A DNA stretch of 63,896 nucleotides, counting the filler, from Octopus bimaculoides (Eukaryota), in the NCBI RefSeq assembly GCF_001194135.2. It is 5 parts of 4 records of this genome, joined end to end, with 100 filler letters (N's around TTAATTAATTAA, not from the genome) between each part and the next. Parts side by side here need not be neighbours in the genome. Positions count along the whole stretch, not along the records: positions 61,779 to 63,896 come from NW_026328294.1; 4 more parts are not named here. One strand, written 5' to 3'. Under the pieces are notes generated by a model, which worked only from the letters and a program-made list of their open reading frames with translations, was not told the DNA's origin and ran no database searches. Numbering within the stretch: the first letter of the stretch is position 1; each line of letters starts with the position of its first letter. Both the position numbers and the translations under genes were made by a program. This document shows positions 63,853-63,896 of the stretch, in pieces.

Positions 63853-63896
<44 letters not shown>

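Overview
AT-rich, microsatellite-saturated eukaryotic DNA with many N gaps and no recognisable host protein-coding exon, so it is probably intergenic or deep intronic. The repeat families and gap style resemble an octopus (cephalopod) draft assembly; this is an inference. Almost all interpretable sequence is transposon-derived. It includes about 30 copies or fragments of at least three tRNA-headed SINE families and decayed retroelement remnants: Penelope-like RT, RTE, CR1, and three R4/Dong-type restriction-like-endonuclease pieces. There are also mariner/Tc1, Chapaev3-like and possibly Tigger-like DNA transposon remnants, several MITE-like hairpins, and compound triplet repeats. Nearly all ORFs in the supplied track are artefacts of microsatellites or N runs. 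The most interesting signal is a set of minimal type I hammerhead-ribozyme motifs. One is nearly canonical (10437-10482). A close relative (18419-18461) sits in a ~265 bp fold-back made of two head-to-head units, each a Pol III-like head followed by a hammerhead. A second outward-facing inverted repeat with hammerhead half-cores lies at 63.66-63.83 kb. Other notable structures are a SINE-SINE dimer junction repeated at three loci, a Dong-like LINE sitting in (TAA)n tracts, an inverted duplication of a compound microsatellite, and a higher-order (GAA)n array. All assignments were made by eye and by manual translation; no database search was run.
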